Assembly: GCA_040954595.2 (NCBI GenBank)
Contig: CM082595.2
Location: 10,033,918 to 10,097,917 of the forward strand
Length of the DNA stretch: 64,000 nt
Origin: Balanoglossus misakiensis
Taxonomy: Eukaryota > Animalia > Hemichordata
Reading direction: 5' to 3'
The notes beneath the pieces are model-generated. The model did no database searches and was not told where the DNA came from. It worked only from the letters and a program-made list of their open reading frames with translations. Below, in pieces: positions 51,401 through 64,000 of the stretch. Each line of letters begins with the position of its first letter. Position 1 is the stretch's first letter. A program made the position numbers and the translations under genes.

Positions 51401-54400
51401 GGGGGGGGGGACAGAACGGTTCAATACTACATTTATTAGATATCAGCTAATTTTGGACAATCATCTAAAATCTAAATCATTTTTTCATATTTGGATATCT
51501 GATGATGTATGAAATTTCCATTATATGTAAAAATGGTGCTGATTATAAAGAATGCACTCTGAATGAGCTGATTTAATACAAAATTGCGTTTTATTCGTTT
51601 TTGCACCAAAAAGGTCATTTTTAGGGAAAACATTCTTTATTCTTTAAATTCGGTGACCTGATCATATATAAACAATTGCTTGTGTGTTAAAAGTTTTAAT
51701 GACTTTTAAAAGCAGTGACACTGGCGGCATTCAACACGAAAATAACAATTTTAGCCACAATTTGGTCAAAATGGAAAATTTTTCAAAATTACAAAAAATA
51801 CCCTTTTCTACATTTTCGGAAATCTGATGGAGTATAGAATGCTCTTCGTATGTATATATCGATACAAATTCCACAAAAGACCGTCTAATTTGGCTCACTG
51901 CAGACAAAATTGCGTTTTACCAAATTTTCCTTGAAAATGTCATTTTTAGAAAAAAAAATAAAAAAACCTTTGTTCTTCGAATTTGGTGCCCCGATCATAT
52001 ATGACATGTTGATTGTATGTTAAAAGTTTCGACCACTCCAAAAATGCAGAGATATTGACGGAATTCAAGAAAAAATAGCCATTTTGGCCATATTTTGACA
52101 AAAATGGTAAAATTTTAAAAAATCATAAAAAATTAACTCTTTTCTTCATTTTCGGAAATATTATGGAGCATGAAGTGTCGTTCTCTTGTAAAAAGTGCTG
52201 CAAATTCCAGAAAAGGTGGTATAATTTGAATCACCCAAGACAAAATTACCATTATCGCCTTTGTTTCAAACATTGTCTTTTTTACAAAATAAATAAGAAT
52301 AAATTCTTTTCTTAGTTTCAAACGAGTAGAGATACTTTTCACACGGGTTTTCTAACATTGAATTCCCGTTCATCAACTCTGATTTCCTACAGCATAAATC
52401 GGCTAAAACCCTGACACTCTAGAGCAGAAACAGTTGCACACTGGTAACGTTGAACAAGTCGATTTTTTACGGCCTGGCTCGGCTAAATCTCCGTCACAAT
52501 ATGACAGACACTAGCGTACGTTAGCAACGGTGATCAAGTCAGATTTTCTACGGCATGGCTTGGATAAAGCCCCGGCACTCAAGAGCAGAAACACGCGTAC
52601 AGAGACCACGTTGATCAAGTCTGATCTCCTACGGCTTGGCTCGACTAAAACCCCGGCACACTATGACAGACACTAGCGTTCGCTAGCAACGTTGATCAAG
52701 TCAGATTTCCTACGGCATGGCTTTGCTAAAGCCCTGACACTCTAGAGCAGAAACACGCGTACAGAGACCACGTTGATCTACTCACATTTCCTTCGGCCTG
52801 GCACGGCTGATGCCCCGGCACTATATATAGGACACAGACTGGCGTAAGTTAACAACTGTAATCACGTCGGGTTTCCTACGGCCTGGCTCAGCTGAAGCCC
52901 CGGCACTCTAGAGCAGAAACAGGCGTACATTGACCACGTTGATCAAGTCAGATTTCCTACGGCGTGACTCGGCTGGTGCACCGGCTCTATATGACACAGA
53001 CTGGCGTAAGTTATCAACGGTGATTACGTCGGATTTCCTACGGCCTGGTTTAGCTGAAGCCCCGGCACTTTAGAGCGGAAACACGCGTACATTGACCACG
53101 ATGATCAAGTCAGATCTCCTACGGCCTGGCTCGACTAAAACCCCGGCACACCATGACAGACACTAGCGTTCGTTAGCAACGGTGATCAAGTCGGATTTCC
53201 TTCGGCCTGGCTCTGCAAAAGACCCGACACTCTAGTACAAAGACGTCGGCTAAGTCGGGCAAACCGAAGAGGGAAAGTCACAGCGTGTCAACACTCGACA
53301 TTTGTTCGGGTAGGTCTGCATTATTGCCTGTCAATTTATAGAGAAAGCCCGAATTTAACCAGGGCGTTTCAAACACCGACGTTAGGTGGGGGCACGGCCT
53401 GCAGTACTGCCGGGTAAGCTGACATCGGCGTACCGCATATAATGTAGGGGAGGGGGGGGGGACAGAACGGTTCAATACTACATTTATTAGATATCAGCTA
53501 ATTTTGGACAATCATCTAAAATCTAAATCATTTTTTCATATTTGGATATCTGGTGATGTATGAAATTTCCATTATATGTAAAAATGGTGCTGATTATAAA
53601 AAAATGCACTCTGAATGAGGTTATTTAATACAAAATTGCGTTTTACAATGTATTCGTTTTTGCACCAAAAAGGTCATTTTTAGGCCAAACATTCTTTATT
53701 TTTTTTTAATTCGGTGACCTGATCATATATAAACAATTGCTTGTATGTTAAAAGTTTTTATGACTTTTAAAAGCAGTGACACTGGCGGCATTCAACACGA
53801 AAATAACAATTTTAGCCATAATTTGGTCAAAATGGTAAATTTTTGAAAATTACAAAAAATACCTGTTTTCTACATTTTCGGAAATCTGATGGAGTATAGA
53901 ATGCTCTTCGTATGTATATATCGATACAAATTCCACAAAAGACAATCTAATTTGGCTCACTGCAGACAAAATTGCGTTTTACCAAATGTTCCTTGAAAAT
54001 GTCATTTTTAGAAAAAAAACTAAAAAAAACTTTGTTCTTCGAATTTGGTGCCCTGATCATATATGACATGTTGATTGTATGTTAAAACTTTCGACCACTC
54101 CAAAAATGCAGAGATATTGACGGAATTCAAGAAAAAATAGCCATTTTGGCCATATTTTGACAAAAATGGTAATTTTTTAAAAAATCATAAAAAATTAACT
54201 CTTTTCTTCATTTTCGGAAATATTATGGAGCATGAAGTGTCGTTCTCTTGTAAAAAGTGCCGCAAATTCCAGAAAAGGCGGTATAATTTGAATGACCCAA
54301 GACAAAATTACCATTTTCGACTTTTTTTCGAAAAATTGTCTTGTTTTACAAAATAAATAAGAATAAATTCTTTTCTTAGTTTCAAACGGGTAGAGATACT

Positions 54401-57400
54401 TTACACACGGGTTTTCTAACATTGAATTCCCGTTCATCAACTCAGATTTCCTACAGCACAAGTCGGCTAAAACCCTGACACTCTAGAGCAGAAACAGTTG
54501 CACACTGGTAACGTTGAAAAAGTAGATTTTTCTACGGCCTGGCTCGGCTAAATCTCCGTCACAATATGACAGACACTAGCGTAAGTTAGCAACGGTGATC
54601 AAGTCAGATTTTCTACGGCATAGCTCGGATAAAGCCCCGGCACTCTAGAGCAGAAACACGCGTACAGAGACCACGTTGATCAAGTCTGATCTCCTACGGC
54701 TTGGCTCGACTAAAACCCCGGCACACTATGACAGACACTAGCGTTCGTTAGCAACGTTGATCAAGTCAGATTTCCTACGGCATGGCTTGGCTAAAGCCCT
54801 GGCACTCTAGAGCAGAAACACGCGTACAGAGACCACGTTGATCTACTCACATTTCCTTCGGCCTGGCACGGCTGATGCCCCGGCACTATATATAGGACAC
54901 AGACTGGCGTAAGTTAACAACGGTAATCACGTCGGGTTTCCTACGGCCTGGCTCAGATGAAGCCCCGGCACTCTAGAGCAGAAACAGGCGTACAGTGACC
55001 ACGTTGATCAAGTCAGATTTCCTACGGCGTGACTCGGCTGGTGCACCGGCTCTATATGACACAGACTGGCGTAAGTTATCAACGGTGATTACGTCGGATT
55101 TCCTACGGCCTGGTTTAGCTGAAGCCCCGGCACTTTAGAGCTGAAACACGCGTACATTGACCACGATGATCAAGTCAGATCTCCTACGGCCTGGCTCGAC
55201 TAAACCCCGGCACACCATGACAGACACTAGCGTTCGTTAGCAACGGTGATCAAGTCGGATTTCCTTCGGCCTGGCTCTGCAAAAGACCCGACACATTAGT
55301 ACAAAGACGTTGGCTAAGTCGGGCAAACCGAAGAGGGAAAGTCACAGCGGGTCAACACTCGACATTTGGTCGGGTAGGACTGCATTATTGCCTGTCAATT
55401 TATAGAGAAAGCCCGAATTTAACCAGGGCGTTTCAAACACCGACGTTAGTTGGGGGCACGGCCTGCAGTACTGCCGGGTAAGCTGACATCGGCGTACCGC
55501 ATATAATGTAGGGGGGGGGGGACAGAACGGTTCATTACTACATTTATTAAATATCAGCTAATTTTGGATAATCATCTAAAATCTAAATCATTTTTTCATA
55601 TTTGGATATCTGATGATGTATGAAATTTCCATTATATGTAAAAATGGTGCTGATTATAAAAAATGCACTCTGAATGAGCTGATTTAATACAAAATTGCGT
55701 TTTATTCGCTTTTGCACCAAAAAGGTCATTTTTAGGCAAAACATTCTTTATTTTTTTAATTCGGTGACCTGATCATATATAAACAATTGCTTGTATGTTG
55801 AAAATTTTTATGACTTTTAAAAGCAGTGACACTGGCGGCATTCAACACGAAAATAACAATTTTAACCACAATTTGGTCAAAATGGTAAATTTTTGAAAAT
55901 TACAAAAAATACATGTTTTCTACATTTTCGGAAATCTGATGGAGTATAGAATGCTCTTTGTATGTATATATCGATACAAATTCCACAAAAGACCGTCTAA
56001 TTTGGCTCACTGCAGACAAAATTGCGTTTTACCAAATTTTCCTTGAAAATGTCATTTTTAGAAAAAAAATAAGAATAAATTCTTTTCTTAGTTTCAAACG
56101 GGTAGAGATACTTTCCACACGGGTTTTCTAACATTGAATTCCCGTTCATCAACTCAGATTTCCTACAGCATAAGTCGGCTAAAACCCTGAGACTTTAGAG
56201 CAGAAACAGTTGCACACTGGTAACGTTGAACAAGTCGATTTTTCTAAGGCCTGGCTCGGCTAAATCTCCGTCACAATATGACAGACACTATCGTACGTTA
56301 GCAACGGTGATCAAGTCAGATTTTCTACGGCATGGCTTGGATAAAGCCCCGGCACTCTAGAGCAGAAACACGCGTACAGAGACCACGTTGATCTACTCAC
56401 ATTTCCTTCGGCCTGGCACGGCTGATGCCCCGGCACTATATATAGGACACAGACTGGCGTAAGTTAACAACGGTAATCACGTCGGGTTTCCTACGGCCTG
56501 GCTCAGCTGAAGCCCCGGCACTCTAGAGCAGAAACAGGCGTACATTGACCACGTTGATCAAGTCAGATTTCCTACGGCGTGACTCGGCTGGTGCACCGGC
56601 TCTATATGACACAGACTGGCGTAAGTTATCAACGGTGATTACGTCGGATTTCCTACGGCATGGTTTAGCTGAAGCCCCGGCACTTCAGAGCGGAAACACG
56701 CGTACATTGACCACGATGATCAAGTCAGATCTCCTACGGCCTGGCTCGACTAAAACCCCGGCACACCATGACAGACACTAGCGTTCGTTAGCAACGGTGA
56801 TCAAGTCGGATTTCCTTCGGCCTGGCTCTGCAAAAGACCCGACACATTAGTACAGAGACGTTGGCTAAGTCGGGCAAACCGAAGAGGGAAAGTCACAGTT
56901 GGTCAACACTCGACATTTGTTCGGGTAGGACTGCATTATTGCCTGTCAATTTATAGAGAAAGCCCGAATTTAACCAGGGCGTTTCAAACACCGACGTTAT
57001 TTGGGGGCACGGCCTGCAGTACTGCCGGGTAAGCTGACATCGGCGTACCGCATATAATGTAGGGGGGGGGACAGAACGGTTCAATACTACATTTATTAGA
57101 TATCAGCTAACTTTGGACAATCATCTAAAATCTAAATCATTTTTTCATATTTGGATATCTGATGATGTATGAAATTTCCAATATATGTAAAAATGGTGCT
57201 GATTATAAAAAATGCACTCTGAATGAGCTGATTTAATACAAAAATTGCGTTTTATTCGTTTTTGCACCAAAAAGGTCATTTTTAGGCAAAACATTCTTTA
57301 TTTTTTTAATTCGGTGGCCTGATCATATATAAGCAATTGCTTGCATGTTAAAAGTTTTTATGACTTTTAAAAGCAGTGACACTGGCGGCATTCAACACGA

Positions 57401-60400
57401 AAATAACAATTTTAACCACAATTTGGTCAAAATGGTAAATTTTTGAAAATTACAAAAAATACCTGTTTTCTACATTTTCGGAAATCTGATGGAGTATAGA
57501 ATGCTCTTCGTATATATATATCGATACAAATTCCACAAAAGACCGTCTAATTTGGCTTACTGCAGACAAAATTGCGTTTTACCAAATTTTCCTTGAAAAT
57601 GTCATTTTTAGAAAAATAAAATAAAAAAACCTTCGTTCTTCGAATTTGGTGCCCTGATCATATATGACATGTTGATTGTATGTTAAAACTTTCCACCACT
57701 CCAAAAATGCAGAGATATTGACGGAATTCAAGAAAAAATAGCCATTTTGGTCATATTTTGACAAAATGGTACATTTTTAAAAAATCATAAAAAATAAACT
57801 CTTTTCTTCATTTTCGGAAATATTATGGAGCATGAAGTGTCGTTCTCTTGTAAAAAGTGCAGCAAATTCCAGAAAATGTGGTATAATTTGAATCACCCAA
57901 GACAAAATTACCATTTTCGACTTGTTTTCGAAAAATTGTCTTTTTTAAAAAATAAATACGAATAAATTCTTTTCTTAGTTTCAAACGGGTAGAGATACTT
58001 TCCACACGGGTTTTCTAACATTGAATTCCCGTTCATCAACTCAGATTTCCTACAGCATAAGTCGGCTAAAACCCTGACACTCTAGAGCAGAAACAGTTGC
58101 ACACTGATAACATTGAACAAGTCGATTTTTCTACGGCCTGGCTCGGCTAAATCTCGTCACAATATGACAGACACTAGCGTACGTTAGCAACGGTGATCAA
58201 GTCAGATTTTCAACGGCATGGGTTGGATAAAGCCCCGGCACTCTAGAGCAGAAACACGCGTACAGAGACCACGTTGATGTAGTCTGATCTCCTACGGCTT
58301 GGCTCGACTAAAACCCCGGCACACTATGACAGACACTAGCGTTATTATTATTATTATTATTAAGAATTGTTTAAAATGCGCTACACATACGTCTCAGCGC
58401 ATTGTGCACAGCTAAAACAGTAGATTAAAAAATACAAGGCTGGTAAAAATAGTTAAAAGGACACAATCGAACACGTTACACATAAAACCGAGTAAAAAGG
58501 TATGTTTTCAAATTACGCTTAAAAATATTGAGCGTTCGTTAGCAACGTTGATCAAGTCAGATTTCCTACGGCATGGCTTTGCTGAAGCCCTGACACTCTA
58601 GAGCAGAAACACGCGTACAGAGACCACGTTGATCGACTAACATTTCCTTCGGCCTGGCACGGCTGGTGAACCGGCTCTATATGACACAGACTGGCGTAAG
58701 TTATCAACGGTGATTACGTCGGATTTCCTACGGCCTGGTTTAGCTGAAGCCCCGGCACTTTAGAGCGGAAACACGCGTACATTGACCACGATGATCAAGG
58801 CAGATCTCCTACGGCCTGGCTCGACTAAAACCCCGGCACACCATGACAGACACTAGCGTTCGTTAGCAACGGTGATCAAGTCGGATTTCCTTCGGCCTGG
58901 CTCTGCAAAAGACCCGACACTCTTGGCTAAGTCGGGCAAACCGAAGAGGGAAAGCCACAGCGTGTCAACACTCGACATTTGTTCGGGTAGGACTGCATTA
59001 TTGCCTGTCAATTTATAGAGAAAGCCCGAATTTAACCAGGGCGTTACAAACACCGACGTTAGTTGGGGGCACGGCCTGCAGTACTGCCGGGTAAGCTGAC
59101 ATCGGCGTACCGCATATAATATAGGGGGGGGGGAAACAGAACGGTTCAATACTACATTTATTAGATATCAGCTAATTTTGGACAATCATCTAAAATCTAA
59201 ATCATTTTTTCATATTTGGATATCTGATGATGTATGAAATTTCCATTATATGTAAAAATGGTGCTGATTATAAAAAATGCACTCTGAATGAACTGATTTA
59301 ATACAAAATTACGTTTTATTCGTTTTTGCACCTAAAAGGTCATTTTTAGGCAAAACATTCTTTATTTTTTTAATTCGGTGACCTGATCATATATAAAGAA
59401 TGGCTTGTATGTTAAAAGTTTTTATGACTTTTAAAAGCAGTGACACTGGCGGCATTCAACACGAAAATAACAATTTTAGCCATAATTTGGTCAAAATGGT
59501 AAATTTTTGAAAATTACAAAAAATACCTGTTTTCTACATTTTCGGAAATCTGATGGAGTATAGAATGCTCTTCGTATGTATATATCGATACAAATTCCAC
59601 AAAAGACAATCTAATTTGGCTCACTGCAGACAAAATTGCGTTTTACCAAATGTTCCTTGAAAATGTCATGTTTAGAAAAAAAACTAAAAAAAACTTTGTT
59701 CTTCGAATTTGGTGCCCTGATCATATATGACATGTTGATTGTATGTTAAAACTCTCGACCACTCCAAAAATGCAGAGATATTGACGGAATTCATGAAAAA
59801 TAGCCATTTTGGCCATATTTTGACAAAAATGGTAAATTTTTGAAAAATCATAAAAAATTAACTCTTTTCTTCATTTTCGGAAATATTATGGAGCATGAAG
59901 TGTCGTTCTCTTGCAAAAAGTGCTGCAAATTCCAGAAAAGGCGGTATAATTTGAATCACCCAAGACAAAATTACCATTTTCAACTTTTTTTCGAAAAATT
60001 GTCTTTTTTTACAAAATAAATAAGAATAAATTCTTTTCTTAGTTTCAAACGGGTAGAGATACTTTCCACACGGGTTTTCTAACATTGAATTCCCGTTCAT
60101 CAACTCAGATTTCCTACAGCATAAGTCGGCTAAAACCCTGACACTCTAGAGCAGGAACAGTTGCACACTGGTAACGTTGAACAAGTCGATTTTTCTACGA
60201 CCTGGCTCGGCTAAATCTCCGTCACAATATGACAGACACTAGCGTACGTTAGCAACGGTGATCAAGTCAGATTTACTACGGCATGGCTTGGATAAAGCCC
60301 CGGCACTCTAGAGCAGAAACACGCGTACAGAGACCACGTTGATCAAGTCTGATCTCCTACGGCTTGGCTCGACTAAAACCCCGGCACACTATGACAGACA

Positions 60401-63400
60401 CTAGCGTTCGTTAGCAACTTCGATCAAGTCAGATTTCCTACGGCATGGCTTAACTAAAGCCCTGGCACTCTAGAGCAGAAACACGCGTACAGAGACCACG
60501 TTGATCTTCTCACATTTCCTTCGGCCTGGCACGGCTGATGCCCCGGCACTATATATAGGACACAGACTGGCGTAAGTTAACAACGGTAATCACGTCGGGT
60601 TTTCTTACGGCCTGGCTCAGCTGAAGCCCCGGCACTCTAGAGCAGAAACAGGCGTACATTGACCACGTTGATCAAGTCAGATTTCCTACGGCGTGACTCG
60701 GCTGGTGCACCGGCTCTATATGACACAGACTGGCGTAAGTTATCAACGGTGATTACGTCGGATTTCCTACGGCCTGGTTTAGCTGAAGCCCCGGCACTTT
60801 AGAGCGGAAACACGCGTACATTGACCACGATGATCAAGTCAGATCTCCTACGGCCTGGCTCGACTAAAACCCCGGCACACCATGACAGACACTAGCGTTC
60901 GTTAGCAACGGTGATCAAGTCGGATTTCCTTCGGCCTGGCTCTGCAAAAGACCCGACACTCTAGTACAAAGACGTTGGCTAAGTTGGGCAAACCGAAGAG
61001 GGAAAGTCGCAGCGGGTCAACACTCGACATTTGTTCCGGTAGGACTGCATTATTGCCTGTCGATTTATAGAGAGAGCCCGAATTTAACCAGGGCGTTTCA
61101 AACACCGACGTTTGTTGGGGGCACGGCCTACAGTACTGCCGGGTAAGCTGACATCGGCGTACCGCATATAATGTAACGGGGGGGGGGGACAGAACGGTTC
61201 AATACTACATTTATTAGATATCAGCTAATTTTGGACAATCATCTAAAATCTAAATCATTTTTTCATTTTTGGATATCTGATGATGTATGAAATTTCCATT
61301 ATATGTAAAAATGGTGCTTATTATAAAACATGCACTCTGAATGAACTGATTTAATACAAGATTGCGTTTTATTCGTTTTTGCACCAAAAAGGTCATTCTT
61401 AGGCAAAACATTCTTTATATTTTTAATTCGGTGACCTGATCATATATAAACAATTGCTTGTATGTTAAACGTTTTTATGACTTTTAAAAGCAGTGACACT
61501 GGCGGCATTCATCACGAAAATAACAATTTTAGCCACAATTTGTCAAAATGGTAAATTTTTGAAAATTACAAAAAATACCTGTTTTCTACATTTTCGGAAA
61601 TCTGATGGAGTATAGAATGCTCTTCGTATGTATATATCGATACAAATTCCACAAAAGACCGTCTAATTTGGCTCACTGCAGACAAAATTGCGTTTTACCA
61701 AATTTTCCTTGAAAATGTCATTTTTAGAAAAAAAATAAGAATAAATTCTTTTCTTAGTTTCAAACGGGTAGAGATACTTTCCACACGGGTTTTCTAACAT
61801 TGAATTTCCGTTCATCAACTCAGATTTCCTACAGCATAAGTCGGCTAAAACCCTGAGACTTTAGAGCAGAAACAGTTGCACACTGGTAACGTTGAACAAG
61901 TCGATTTTTCTACGGCCTGGCTCGGCTAAATCTCCGTCACAATATGACAGACACTATCGTACGTTAGCAACGGTGATCAAGTCAGATTTTCTACGGCATG
62001 GCTTGGATAAAGCCCCGGCACTCTAGAGCAGAAACACGCGTACAGAGACCACGTTGATCTACTCACATTTCCTTCGGCCTGGCACGGCTGATGCCCCGGC
62101 ACTATATATAGGACACAGACTGGCGTAAGTTAACAACGGTAATCACGTCGGGTTTCCTACGGCCTGGCTCAGATGAAGCCCCGGCACTCTAGAGCAGAAA
62201 CAGGCGTACAGTGACCACGTTGATCAAGTCAGATTTCCTACGGCGTGACTCGGCTGGTGCACCGGCTCTATATGACACAGACTGGCGTAAGTTATCAACG
62301 GTGATTACGTCGGATTTCCTACGGCATGGTTTAGCTGAAGCCCCGGCACTTCAGAGCGGAAACACGCGTACATTGACCACGATGATCAAGTCAGATCTCC
62401 TACGGCCTGGCTCGACTAAAACCCCGGCACACCATGACAGACACTAGCGTTCGTTAGCAACGGTGATCAAGTCGGATTTCCTTCGGCCTGGCTCTGCAAA
62501 AGACCCGACACATTAGTACAGAGACGTTGGCTAAGTCGGGCAAACCGAAGAGGGAAAGTCACAGCGGGTCAACACTCGACATTTGTTCGGGTAGGACTGC
62601 ATTATTGCCTGTTAATTTATAGAGAAAGCCCGAATTTAACCAGGGCGCTTCAAACACCGACGTTAGTTGGGGGCACGGCCTGCAGTACTGCTGGGTAAGG
62701 TGACATCGGCGTACCGCATATAATGTAGGGGGGGGGGGAGAAACAGAACGGTTCAATACTACATTTATCAGATATCAGCTAATTTTGGACAATCATCTAA
62801 AATCTAAATCATCTTTTCATATTTGGATATCTGATGATGTATGAAATTTCCATTATATGTAAAAATGGTGCTGATTATAAAAATGCACTCTGAATGAGCT
62901 GATTTAATACAAAATTGCGTTTTATTCGTTTTTGCACCAAAAAGGTCATTTTTAGGCAAAACATTCTTTATTTTTTTAATTCGGTGACCTGATCATATAT
63001 AAACAATTGCTTGTATGTTAAAAGTTTTTATGACTTTTAAAAGCAGTGACACTGGCGGCATTCAACACGAAAATAACAATTTTAGCCACAATTTGGTCAA
63101 AATGGTAAATTTTTGAAAATTACAAAAAATACCTGTTTTCTACATTTTTGGAAATCTGATGGAGTATAGAATGCTCTTCGTATGTATATATCGATACAAA
63201 TTCCACAAAAGACCGTCTAATTTGGCTCACTGCAGACAAAATTGCGTTTTACCAAATTTTCCTTTAAAATGTCATTTTTAGAAAAAAAAATAAAAAAACC
63301 TTTGTTCTTCAAATGTGGTGCCCTGATCATATATGACATGTTGATTGTATGTTAAAACTTTCGACCACTCCAAAAATGCAGAGATATTGACGGAATTCAA

Positions 63401-64000
63401 GAAAAAATAGCCATTTTGGCCATATTTTGACAAAAATGGTAAATTTTTAAAAAATCATAAAACATTAACTATTTTCTTCATTTTCGGAAATATTATGGAG
63501 CATGAAGTGTCGTTCTCTTGTAAAAAGTGCTGCAAATTCCAGAAAAGGTGGTATAATTTGAATCACCCAAGACAAAATTACCATTTTCGACTTTTTTTCG
63601 AAAAATTGTCTTTTTAACAAAATATATAAGAATAAATTCTTTTCTTAGTTTCAAACGGGAAGAGATACTTTCCACACGGGTTTTCTAACATTGAATTCCC
63701 GTTCATCAACTCAGATTTCCTACAGCATAAGTCAGCTAAAACCCTGATACTCTAGAGCAGAAACAGTTGCTGGTAACGTTGAACAAGTCGATTTTTCTAC
63801 GGCCTGGCTCGGCTTAATCTCCGTCACAATATGACAGACACTAGCGTACGTCAGCAACGGTGATCAAGTCAGATTTTCTACGGCATGGCTTGGATAAAGC
63901 CCCGGCACTCTAGAGCAGAAACACGCGTACATAGACCACGTTGATGAAGTCTGATCTCCTACGGCTTGGCTCGACTAAAACCCCGGCACACTATGACAGA
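39417..64000 (-). repeat. Same satellite, inverted arm, part 2 (continues past the window end)
   Basis: The marker recurs at ~39956, 42008, 44059, 47321, 49373, 51426, 53477, 55537, 57085, 59151, 61204 and 62758. The satellite resumes at the exact monomer position where the LINE interrupted it. Confidence 0.97.
58344..58530 (-). mobile_element. Second copy of the same 187-bp truncated LINE fragment
   Basis: Reverse complement of 2709-2895 with the same length, the same (ATT)6 tail, the same TSD (AGCGTT at 58338-58343 and 58531-58536) and the same position in the monomer. Confidence 0.88.

Noticed and set aside
326-63675. Dozens of recurring 60-110 aa ORFs (MSKYGQNG..., MESISTRL..., MNRSVPPP..., MTTLIKSD...)
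   Set aside because: They recur only because the satellite repeats. Most start at TTG or GTG, they are freely frameshifted or stopped between copies, and they show no recognisable domains.

Overview
Eukaryotic (probably invertebrate) tandem-repeat DNA with no host genes. About 59 kb is a complex satellite with a monomer of about 2.05 kb. Each monomer has a poly-C tract, a GC-rich dyad-rich block, usually 11 copies of an ~81-bp subrepeat alternating as an ~161-bp dimer, and an AT-rich half made of diverged ~330-bp internal repeats. The array reverses orientation at a complex fold-back junction (~11657-11713). One young, apparently full-length APE-type non-LTR retrotransposon (~34685-39416, 7-bp TSD) sits in the array. 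It shows two candidate translational-recoding signals: a 2A/StopGo motif (GDIERNPG|P) after a 64-aa hydrophobic leader in ORF1, and a single in-frame UAG (context UAG-GGG-UGU) separating ORF1 from an ORF2 that has no ATG upstream of its endonuclease domain. A 187-bp 5'-truncated L2-like LINE fragment occurs twice, on opposite strands 55 kb apart, carried by satellite amplification. Three rearrangements break at the same TTGATCA site of the monomer. The short ORFs in the satellite are judged spurious.
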